Positions 29,949 through 38,159 of a DNA stretch of 64,000 nucleotides are shown one piece after another. Where the stretch lies: assembly GCA_047616865.1 (NCBI GenBank), contig JBLGBO010000009.1, positions 72,076 to 136,075 of the forward strand, written 5' to 3'. The notes below the pieces were generated by a model, which worked only from the letters and a program-made list of their open reading frames with translations, did not search any database and was not told where the DNA came from. Position 1 is the first letter of the stretch, and every line of letters starts with the position of its first letter. Origin of the DNA: Oleispira sp. (GTDB lineage Bacteria; Pseudomonadota; Gammaproteobacteria; Pseudomonadales; Oceanobacteraceae). Made by a program: the position numbers and the translations under genes.

Positions 29949-30797
29949 ATGGAGCTTTCAGATTTAAAGGTATTTCAACAAGTCGTGCTCTCCGGAGGCA
30001 TTACCGCCGCAGCGCAAAAACTGCATAGAGTGCCATCCAACATCACCGCACGGATTCAGAAATTAGAACAAGAGCTGAATACCCAGCTGTTCTTAAGAGA
30101 AAAGAACCGTTTACGTATCTCTCCCGCGGGCGAGCAGTTACTGCCCTACGCCAAACAGATGATCAAACTCTCACAGCAAGCCATCAACGAATTGCAGCAA
30201 ACGACTCCTAAGGGGCGTTTAACCATTGGTGCAATGGAAGCCGTTGCGGCAACCAGACTGACCGAACCTCTAATGCACTTCCATCAAGAATATCCAGACG
30301 TTAATCTACAAATAGTCACAGGACCAACGGGCCAGCTGATCGAAAGGGTTTTAGCCGGGGAAGTCGATGTCGCACTAGTGGCCGATCCCAGAAAAGATGC
30401 GCGACTCGAAATTAGTAATATTTTTGAAGAAGAATTGGTTTTAGTCTCAGACTTGAAACATAAAAAAATCAACAGCACCGAAGACCTTAACCCCGAGCCG
30501 ACACTATTGAGTTTTAGTCATTTGTGCGCTTACCGAGGCCGTATGCGAGATTGGACGAAAGAAGGTGGCATAGCTGCACACATTATTGAAATCAGCTCTT
30601 ACCACACATTATTAAGCTGCGTCGCCGCAGGCATGGGAGTCGGCATTGTTCCTAAAGTATTATTAGATCATTACCCTTTCGCTAGCAGCATTCAGCAGCA
30701 CAGACTCGACCAACAGTGGCGCCATAGCACCACCGCAATGATTTGGCGCAAAGACAGCCTAAAACCCAGTATGACTGCTTTTAGAGACTTTTTTTAA
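29949..30797 (+). CDS. LysR-family transcriptional regulator
   Basis: N-terminal HTH MELSDLKVFQQVVLSGGITAAAQKLHRVPSNITARIQKLE. Divergent from the DMT/tautomerase genes. Confidence 0.85.
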   Translation: MELSDLKVFQQVVLSGGITAAAQKLHRVPSNITARIQKLEQELNTQLFLREKNRLRISPAGEQLLPYAKQMIKLSQQAINELQQTTPKGRLTIGAMEAVAATRLTEPLMHFHQEYPDVNLQIVTGPTGQLIERVLAGEVDVALVADPRKDARLEISNIFEEELVLVSDLKHKKINSTEDLNPEPTLLSFSHLCAYRGRMRDWTKEGGIAAHIIEISSYHTLLSCVAAGMGVGIVPKVLLDHYPFASSIQQHRLDQQWRHSTTAMIWRKDSLKPSMTAFRDFF

Positions 30798-30803
30798 AAC
30801 TTA

Positions 30804-31235
30804 CTATTTTGCTGGGCCAACCGAGAAGTGAGCAATACGGTTACCCACTAACAAAGCCAAGATAAAGATCAAAATATCTTCCTGCCCCGTCATGATATTC
30901 AATAATGCCGGGCCAGGACAAAGCCCAACCATTCCCCAGCCAATACCGAATAAAGCCGCACCGATTAACAGTCGCGCATCCAATTGCGTAAGCGTTGGGC
31001 GATGAAAAACACCATGAAACCAAGGCTGCTTCATTTTACCGGAAAAATAATAAGCCAAAGCAAAAATAGCAATCGCAGCAACCATCACCGCCGCTAAAGC
31101 AGGCTGCCAATCACCAAAAATGTCAAGAAAGCCACGTACCTTGGCAGGGTTAGTCATACCCGAAAGTAACAGACCCAAACCAAATATAATGCCAGCCGCA
31201 AGCGGAGTAATCATCTTCATTATTTTATGATTCAT
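30804..31235 (-). CDS. YeeE/YedE-family membrane protein (half-size)
   Basis: 143 aa, 4 TM, Gly/Cys-containing helices typical of YeeE/YedE putative sulfur-compound transporter halves. Confidence 0.6.
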   Translation of the reverse strand: MNHKIMKMITPLAAGIIFGLGLLLSGMTNPAKVRGFLDIFGDWQPALAAVMVAAIAIFALAYYFSGKMKQPWFHGVFHRPTLTQLDARLLIGAALFGIGWGMVGLCPGPALLNIMTGQEDILIFILALLVGNRIAHFSVGPAK

Positions 31236-31236
31236 T

Positions 31237-31650
31237 TTATACTCCCATACCCACTATGTTATTCATAATCAAAACCGTCAGCATGCCAAAGGCCATAAAA
31301 GTACAGGTCGCCACCATCGATCGCACCGACAAACGGCCATTACCACAAACTCCATGACCTGATGTACAACCGTTACCAATATAGGTACCTGCGCCAACAA
31401 GAATACCCGCAACCGCAATAACGACTTTATTATTCGTCATCTGCATATCTGGCGTCCCAGAAAAATAAACGTATAACGGATATGCCAATAACAATCCGAT
31501 GAAAAAATAAAGACTCCAATATCGATGCCCTTGGCGTAATAAAAATAAATTAGCAACCACTCCTGATATACCACCGATACGACCAATGCCCAACCACAAC
31601 AAGGCTGCTGCAATACCGATTAAGGCACCGCCAGCGAGTTCATTCCACAT
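31237..31650 (-). CDS. YeeE/YedE-family membrane protein (half-size)
   Basis: 137 aa, 4 TM, conserved NGCTSGHGVCG-like motif. Adjacent to and co-oriented with the other half. Confidence 0.6.
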   Translation of the reverse strand: MWNELAGGALIGIAAALLWLGIGRIGGISGVVANLFLLRQGHRYWSLYFFIGLLLAYPLYVYFSGTPDMQMTNNKVVIAVAGILVGAGTYIGNGCTSGHGVCGNGRLSVRSMVATCTFMAFGMLTVLIMNNIVGMGV

Positions 31651-31803
31651 TTAAACATTCCTAAATTCTAATATACCGATGCATAATAACACGCCCTGAA
31701 CCCCCTTCGGTATTTCAGGTGTTGAACCTTATTTTGGTAGACTCAATAGACCTTAATCTAGTAAAGTTATAAAAAACTCAATACGAAGTAAGGATACTCA
31801 CTG

Positions 31804-34800
31804 GTGTTATCAATAAGCATATTACGTAAGCTAAGGATATTTTTCTGTCTCAGCCTAACAACTCTACTTTTACCTCAACATAGCTTCGCAGCATTACTCG
31901 ATGTTCAACAGGAAAATGACATTGTTTATTTTCTGTTTGCTGCACCCAATAAGATTGTTCGCTATGACCTGAGTAGCAATAAATTCATAAATAAAATCAG
32001 CTTAGATAATATACCAACCGCTTTCCATGTGAATAAATCCGCAATTTATATTTCCTATGGTGCAGAATTATTTAAGCATAAACTTGATGGGTTCACAGAC
32101 ACCAAGATATATCAAGCAGATGAAGACATAATAAATATAACAGCCATTGGCGCGAGTATTTATTTACTAAAAGATAATAGTCGTGCCGAAACGATCAGTG
32201 CGACTAATTTTCTAAGTACTGACAACGGTTATCATTACCAAGACTCTAGATACACCTCCAAAATTGCTTCACCGCTAAACCAAGCAATTTATACGCTAGG
32301 CTCTTCATCTAAGCCTTACAAAACGCTAATCAGTTATGCAGGGAAAATAGGCACTATAACGAGTTCACGATTTAGTCATTCAGAAATCCAATCGAATAAA
32401 ATATACCTACATCCTGATGAAGATAGAGTTTATACCGATGCAGGTTTAATCTACTCAACCGAAGACCTTTCATTTAAAGGAAGCTTAACCGGTAGTTTTA
32501 CAGACATGGCCTTTTTAGATAAACTGCCAGTTATCATTAGAAATCATACCCTCTACTTACTCACCGACACTGATAGGGACAACACGGAGTTCTCCTTAGA
32601 CCATACCCCAAGCCATGTTGCAGCAAAAGGCCAAATCATCACCACGTTCGTGACAACCGATAGCATAGCCACAGCTCATAAAACAAATATCGATCAACTT
32701 AGCGAACCACCGGTGGCAATTCCAGAAGATCCCAATTTCGCTAGCTATCACGCTGAGCTCATCACCACTGATAACAACAATATCGTCTACCTAGTCGATA
32801 AAAAAAATAAAGCAATACACCGTAGAATGGCCGCAGAAAGTGAATACACCAGCAGCTGGGGCTTAGTTAATAGTCCGAATTATATCAGCTACTCTGATTC
32901 TCATAAAAGACTCTATCTTGGTTATCGCTCAGGAAAAATCACCTATTTTGATGCCAGCTTAACAACAGGGGCCGTCGAAACCCACCTAATCAGCTTACCC
33001 TCTGAAATACTTGGCTTAACCGCTGCAGGAGATTATTTATACGTGAATGATCGCCAGGACGATAGCAGTACCAAAAGCTACAGCATCAACAAACTCGGCC
33101 AAGTCATAGATATTAGCAGCTCAAACGCGACTCAAAACTATGTGTGGAATCCATTAAATGACACCATTTATCATCTAGATGCTCGCTACCTAAGATGGAG
33201 AGCTCTATCCTCCAGCACGGGGGAGATTGATAGCCGTAATTACAGTAAACAAAAAACCAACAATACATCAAATTACAAACACCCTTTTTTAATAAGCCCG
33301 AATGGCCAAGTGCTATTAACCGGCTCAGGAGAAATTATAGGTGCTGAAAATAAAACCCTGCTCAACAGTCTTGATAATGCAATCGAGGATGCCACTTGGA
33401 TTAACGGCAACCTAGTAACAATTAAGGAAGGAGGAGATAAACTGCAAATTTGGCAAGAGGATTATTTGCTAGTAACAGAACACCCACTATCTAAAACACT
33501 AAAAACTCGGGTATTCAATTTACAAAATAAACTTTTAATTGTTAAGCAGTCGACTACGCGACCCGATATTATTTATTCTGACCTAGCAACACTTTCAGAA
33601 GTTGATAGCGATAGCGATACAATAAGCGATCTAAGCGACAACTGTGTATTAATTAGCAATCTCGATCAAGTCGATTTAGATTCTGATGGCAGCGGGGATT
33701 TATGTGATAATGATAGCGATGGAGATTTAATACCCAACCACATAGAAATTACCGCTGGCCTAAATGCATTCGACAATGAGGATGCATTATTAGATTTAGA
33801 CGGTGACGGCTTTAATAATTTAGTTGAATACTTCTACTCTACTGACATAAATGATAGCGAATCAAAGGCTGCCGTCATTCAAGAAATGAACGAGATTTTT
33901 GATAACGGAATTCCTCTAGGGTTTTATAGTTCCAACCCTAAAAATCCTTTAAGCATACTCAAGACAAACAATTCGTCATACCTAACACTCTCAACGCCTA
34001 ACAGTAATGAACAATCGCAGAGCCTATTTTATACAGCGGACTTTGAACAAGGCGCGCTGAGTATTGAATATGGTGCTTTATTGAATCGTTCCAAATACAA
34101 ACTCACAATCATAGTTGATGGTACGACAATAAAATCATCGACTGTTTACTATTATTATCATGACACTGATCCTATGCTGATTAGCCTTGAGAAAGGAATT
34201 CATACCATTGAATTTAAAATGACCTTTGATATCAACTCAAACTCGCAAAAAACATCACTCTTTTTCATTGATGAAATACATTATGGTCCAGATAGTGATG
34301 GCGATACTATATTCGATAGCCAAGACAACTGCCCTGCTACGGCCAATAGCAATCAATCTGACTCGGACCGCGATGGTTTAGGCAACGAATGCGATAACAA
34401 TCCTTTCGGTAGGGATAAAGATTCAGATGGATTTGGCGACAGTAAAGATAACTGCCCTAGTATTTACAATCCTGATCAATTAAATATTGATAATGATTAT
34501 TATGGCGATGCCTGCGACGATAGCGATGATAGACCCAGTGATGTTGACCAAGATGGTATTCCTGATGAGCGCGACAACTGTATGAATACAGCAAACCCCG
34601 ATCAAGACGATTTTGATTATGATCAGATCGGTGACGCCTGTGATCTAGACATCGATAATGATGGAGTATTGAATACTCTTGAAGATCAGTTTGATTTTAT
34701 GAATTCGTATGATCCTAGTGATGCCTCTCTCGATTTTGATAATGACGGCGCTTCAAATCAATACGAGATAAATAATAATTCCTCTCCAGCACAAGAGAAC

Positions 34801-35415
34801 ACATTCACAGAAATAGATTTATTAGACTATTACCCTGTTGGCGACCTAGATTACTTCTATATTTCTGACTATCAATTCATTCGTAGTTCTATGAAAAAAA
34901 CCGATACCCCTGGTCGCTTTATTCTCAGTAGTAGCAACGGAATAGAGTTAACCATTGAACGTCGAAGCAGTGGAATATACTTAGAATCTTTTACCTCTAC
35001 CTCTGGCTATTCAGACGCTTCGTATACTTTTGAGAACCATCTAATTCTTCCTAATCGTCTAAAACCTGGACACTCACTTACATTCAGCTCAATACAAACG
35101 GTCGCTGGCTCTAGTGATACCACGGAATATGAAAGATCGTTTTACTTAAAAGACGTTGGAGAAAGAGCTTGGAGAGGAAAAATTTATCCCTCCATTACCA
35201 TTATTGAAGATGGCGTAGAAAAGGTATATTTAAAAGGAATTGGGCAACTAACGTTAAACTATATGGAACTCGATAGCGTCAACTTCGATTTTATTGAGGC
35301 TCCAGGCGTTGTAGCTCCTGAGAAGAGTAAATCAAAAGCAGGCGCACTATCGCCACTCATCTTCTTTTTCTTTACAATAATGGCCATTGCCACACGAATA
35401 AGACGTCACCGGTAA
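31804..35415 (+). CDS. large secreted calcium-binding surface protein with thrombospondin type-3 (DxDxDG) repeats and a C-terminal TM/Arg-rich sorting-like tail
   Basis: 1203 aa. Signal peptide. Repeated DSDGDGxxD/DNCPxxxNPDQxDxDxDGxGDxCD modules at ~33590-34700. Terminal SPLIFFFFTIMAIATRIRRHR. Confidence 0.7.
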   Translation: MLSISILRKLRIFFCLSLTTLLLPQHSFAALLDVQQENDIVYFLFAAPNKIVRYDLSSNKFINKISLDNIPTAFHVNKSAIYISYGAELFKHKLDGFTDTKIYQADEDIINITAIGASIYLLKDNSRAETISATNFLSTDNGYHYQDSRYTSKIASPLNQAIYTLGSSSKPYKTLISYAGKIGTITSSRFSHSEIQSNKIYLHPDEDRVYTDAGLIYSTEDLSFKGSLTGSFTDMAFLDKLPVIIRNHTLYLLTDTDRDNTEFSLDHTPSHVAAKGQIITTFVTTDSIATAHKTNIDQLSEPPVAIPEDPNFASYHAELITTDNNNIVYLVDKKNKAIHRRMAAESEYTSSWGLVNSPNYISYSDSHKRLYLGYRSGKITYFDASLTTGAVETHLISLPSEILGLTAAGDYLYVNDRQDDSSTKSYSINKLGQVIDISSSNATQNYVWNPLNDTIYHLDARYLRWRALSSSTGEIDSRNYSKQKTNNTSNYKHPFLISPNGQVLLTGSGEIIGAENKTLLNSLDNAIEDATWINGNLVTIKEGGDKLQIWQEDYLLVTEHPLSKTLKTRVFNLQNKLLIVKQSTTRPDIIYSDLATLSEVDSDSDTISDLSDNCVLISNLDQVDLDSDGSGDLCDNDSDGDLIPNHIEITAGLNAFDNEDALLDLDGDGFNNLVEYFYSTDINDSESKAAVIQEMNEIFDNGIPLGFYSSNPKNPLSILKTNNSSYLTLSTPNSNEQSQSLFYTADFEQGALSIEYGALLNRSKYKLTIIVDGTTIKSSTVYYYYHDTDPMLISLEKGIHTIEFKMTFDINSNSQKTSLFFIDEIHYGPDSDGDTIFDSQDNCPATANSNQSDSDRDGLGNECDNNPFGRDKDSDGFGDSKDNCPSIYNPDQLNIDNDYYGDACDDSDDRPSDVDQDGIPDERDNCMNTANPDQDDFDYDQIGDACDLDIDNDGVLNTLEDQFDFMNSYDPSDASLDFDNDGASNQYEINNNSSPAQENTFTEIDLLDYYPVGDLDYFYISDYQFIRSSMKKTDTPGRFILSSSNGIELTIERRSSGIYLESFTSTSGYSDASYTFENHLILPNRLKPGHSLTFSSIQTVAGSSDTTEYERSFYLKDVGERAWRGKIYPSITIIEDGVEKVYLKGIGQLTLNYMELDSVNFDFIEAPGVVAPEKSKSKAGALSPLIFFFFTIMAIATRIRRHR

Positions 35416-35552
35416 ACATACTTGCAGGTCACGTGAGAAAACACTGGCCTGCAATCGCCCGACGAACTTCAATCTTTGCAAACCCTTACTTGCCCAGCTC
35501 CATAAAATATGGATTAATGCAGACTCATATTTCTCATTATTAGGTTCACTCT

Positions 35553-35894
35553 GTGAAAATAAAGCACCTTTTGGCGCTACTAATTATTATCACGAATACG
35601 CTCATCAACAGCGTATGGGCTTCAGTGCATCTAATAGCTAACGAACACATTGGTTTAGAAACCCCTCACCTGCACATTGTTTCCGATCTAAAAACGCTGT
35701 TTGACTTTGGCAGCGAGCTTGATGAATCCGCACCAGAAATTGAAGAAACACATTTTCATGTGTTAAGCGATTTAACCACCCAATATTCTGGCAGCGATAG
35801 CCTTAAAGCGAGCTTAAACATAAGCAGTACTATTCCACATTATCGTACACGCACCTATAGCCCGCCGATTCCACCCCCTACCACCTGCTCATAA
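35553..35894 (+). CDS. small His-rich secreted protein (possible periplasmic metal-binding protein)
   Basis: 113 aa with a signal peptide and multiple His pairs (HLIANEH, HLH, THFH). Immediately upstream of czcC. Confidence 0.4.
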   Translation: MKIKHLLALLIIITNTLINSVWASVHLIANEHIGLETPHLHIVSDLKTLFDFGSELDESAPEIEETHFHVLSDLTTQYSGSDSLKASLNISSTIPHYRTRTYSPPIPPPTTCS

Positions 35895-35956
35895 ATACTC
35901 ATTATTAAACCCATCTAATAATCATTTTTTCATAGCGAATGCTATGAGGGATATTT

Positions 35957-37213
35957 ATGAATAAACATCGAATACGTACCCGCTTGGGTATGCTAATGCT
36001 GGTGTGCAGCTTGCCTGCCTATAGCTTACCTGGCAGTACTTTATCTGGCAGTAATTTACCTGGCAGCCTGTCGCTAAAATATGCGCTGCAACTAACACTG
36101 CAACAAAACCCTCAATTGAAAGCATACCCTTATTATGTGCGTCAGTTAGACGGAGAAGCTGTCCAAGCTGATCTCAATCCAATACCCAAAGCAGAAATTG
36201 AATTGAGTTCAGATGAGGCCACTCTTACGTTAAGTCAGAACTTTGAACTAGGAAACAAACGCCAAGCCAGAGTCGGCTTCACCAACGCTAAACAAGCACA
36301 ACTGCAAGCCGAATTTGAAATAGCCAAGCTGGATGTACTGGCAGAAACCAGCCGTCGTTATTATCAATTATTGGCTTTGCAAAAACAGAAGGCGCTTTTA
36401 ATCACGCGCCTAGGACAAGAAAAACGCGCACTTAAAATCATCAACAAAAGAGCACAAGCAGGTTCCGTTGCCCAAGCTGATGTCGCGACGATGGCCCTGG
36501 GATTAGCGCGTTCTAACAATACATTAGAGCAGCTAGAATTTGGTATTACATTGCAACGAGATGCTCTTAGCGCAATGTGGTTAGGTCAAAATAATACCAG
36601 CCAATTATTGGGCAACCTAGCCAAGTTACCGCAACTGCCCGATGATAAAACATTAACGGCCCTCATCAGCCAAGGCATCGATCAGCTGCCAGACTATCGT
36701 TATCAAGTCGCTCTTTCGCGCTTAGCCGATAGCCGTGTTTCGTTAAACCAAGCTAATGGCAGCGCAGATTTAAATCTCGGTTTAGGCTTGCGTCATAACG
36801 ATACCCGTGGTGATCAAAGTTTAGTATTAACCGCCTCAATGCCACTTAGTTTTAACAACCCTAATCGTGGGCGTATCGCCAGCGCTCAAGCTCAACAAGC
36901 CTTAAGTTACGAGCAACTGGAATTAAAACGCCAGCAATTAAGCATTGAGCTAACGCGCATCCAAACCCGCTTAAAAAAAGAGCAACAGCTAGCACAGCGT
37001 ATTAATAACGACTTATTACCCCTCGCCAGCGAGCTGCTTAGCACAACCCAAAAAGCTTATCGCCAAGGCCAGTACAGTGTTCTGCAATGGATCGATGCAC
37101 AGAACAAAGTCTTTAATTTAGAGCAGGACTTAATCAATAGCCAAGTCCGTATTTTCAACCATGTATTAGAACTGGAACGTATTTTAGGCCAGTCAATTGT
37201 TAATACTCAATAA
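35957..37213 (+). CDS. czcC: outer-membrane efflux protein (TolC family) of a heavy-metal RND system
   Basis: 418 aa with a signal peptide and OEP-family repeat structure. First gene of the CBA operon. Confidence 0.8.
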   Translation: MNKHRIRTRLGMLMLVCSLPAYSLPGSTLSGSNLPGSLSLKYALQLTLQQNPQLKAYPYYVRQLDGEAVQADLNPIPKAEIELSSDEATLTLSQNFELGNKRQARVGFTNAKQAQLQAEFEIAKLDVLAETSRRYYQLLALQKQKALLITRLGQEKRALKIINKRAQAGSVAQADVATMALGLARSNNTLEQLEFGITLQRDALSAMWLGQNNTSQLLGNLAKLPQLPDDKTLTALISQGIDQLPDYRYQVALSRLADSRVSLNQANGSADLNLGLGLRHNDTRGDQSLVLTASMPLSFNNPNRGRIASAQAQQALSYEQLELKRQQLSIELTRIQTRLKKEQQLAQRINNDLLPLASELLSTTQKAYRQGQYSVLQWIDAQNKVFNLEQDLINSQVRIFNHVLELERILGQSIVNTQ

Positions 37214-38159
37214 GGTTTTTATAATGAATTTATTATCCAGAATAATCGCACCATTTTTTATCATACTGGCATTTGTAACCAGTAGTTTTGTCAGCAGCGT
37301 ATTTGCCAGCGATGATCACGACCATCATGAACACGAAGAAGAGCATGCCGACAGCACTGAAATATCGTCTTATTACATTCAAGTTTCCGGTATTAAATCT
37401 GAAGCAGCAGGCTCACAAAACCTCGCTCAAATCGATACCCTATTTGGGGTAATTTCTCCGGTCCAAGATCAAGTCTTCAGCCTGCACGCCACTTTCCCGA
37501 GTATGGTTGAAAAAGTCTTTGTACAAGTCGGTGATCAAGTAAAAAAAGGCCAAATACTGGCACGTTTAAGCAATATTCAAACACTGCAAAGCTACACACT
37601 TAAAAGCCCGTCAAATGGTGAAGTGACGTCACGTTCGGTCAATACCGGTAACCGTATCGATGCTGAAGAAATGTTGCAGGTGAGTGATTTATCCAAAGTT
37701 TGGGTTAACTTATCGGCCTTTCCAGAAAATATTGAGCGTTTAAAAAAAGGCCAACGCGCAAAAATTTACGATCTACATGATCATGAAAATGCAATCGGCG
37801 AAATCAGTTATATTGCCCCCCAAATGAGTGGTGGTCACATCGCTCGTGCCCGTGCAATTATTGATAATCAACAAGGTCACTGGCGCCCTGGCATGCATAT
37901 AAAAGCGGATGTCGAAGTATCGACTCGCACAATTCCCATTGCCGTAAAAGTTGATGCCTTACAAACTATGGAAGACAAAACCGTCGTCTTCAAACGCCAC
38001 GGCAATAAATTTGAAACAACGCCAGTAGAAGTCGGTGAAAAAGATGGTCAGTGGGCAGAAATACTTTCTGGCTTAAGCGCTGGAGATAATTATGTCAGCG
38101 AAAATAGCTTCCTAATAAAAGCCGATATTTTAAAGAGTGGTGCCAGCCATGACCATTAA
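37197..38159 (+). CDS. czcB: RND efflux periplasmic adaptor (membrane fusion protein) with His-rich N-terminus
   Basis: DDHDHHEHEEEHAD His-rich segment followed by an HlyD-like adaptor. Overlaps the flanking genes. Confidence 0.8.
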   Translation: MLILNKVFIMNLLSRIIAPFFIILAFVTSSFVSSVFASDDHDHHEHEEEHADSTEISSYYIQVSGIKSEAAGSQNLAQIDTLFGVISPVQDQVFSLHATFPSMVEKVFVQVGDQVKKGQILARLSNIQTLQSYTLKSPSNGEVTSRSVNTGNRIDAEEMLQVSDLSKVWVNLSAFPENIERLKKGQRAKIYDLHDHENAIGEISYIAPQMSGGHIARARAIIDNQQGHWRPGMHIKADVEVSTRTIPIAVKVDALQTMEDKTVVFKRHGNKFETTPVEVGEKDGQWAEILSGLSAGDNYVSENSFLIKADILKSGASHDH

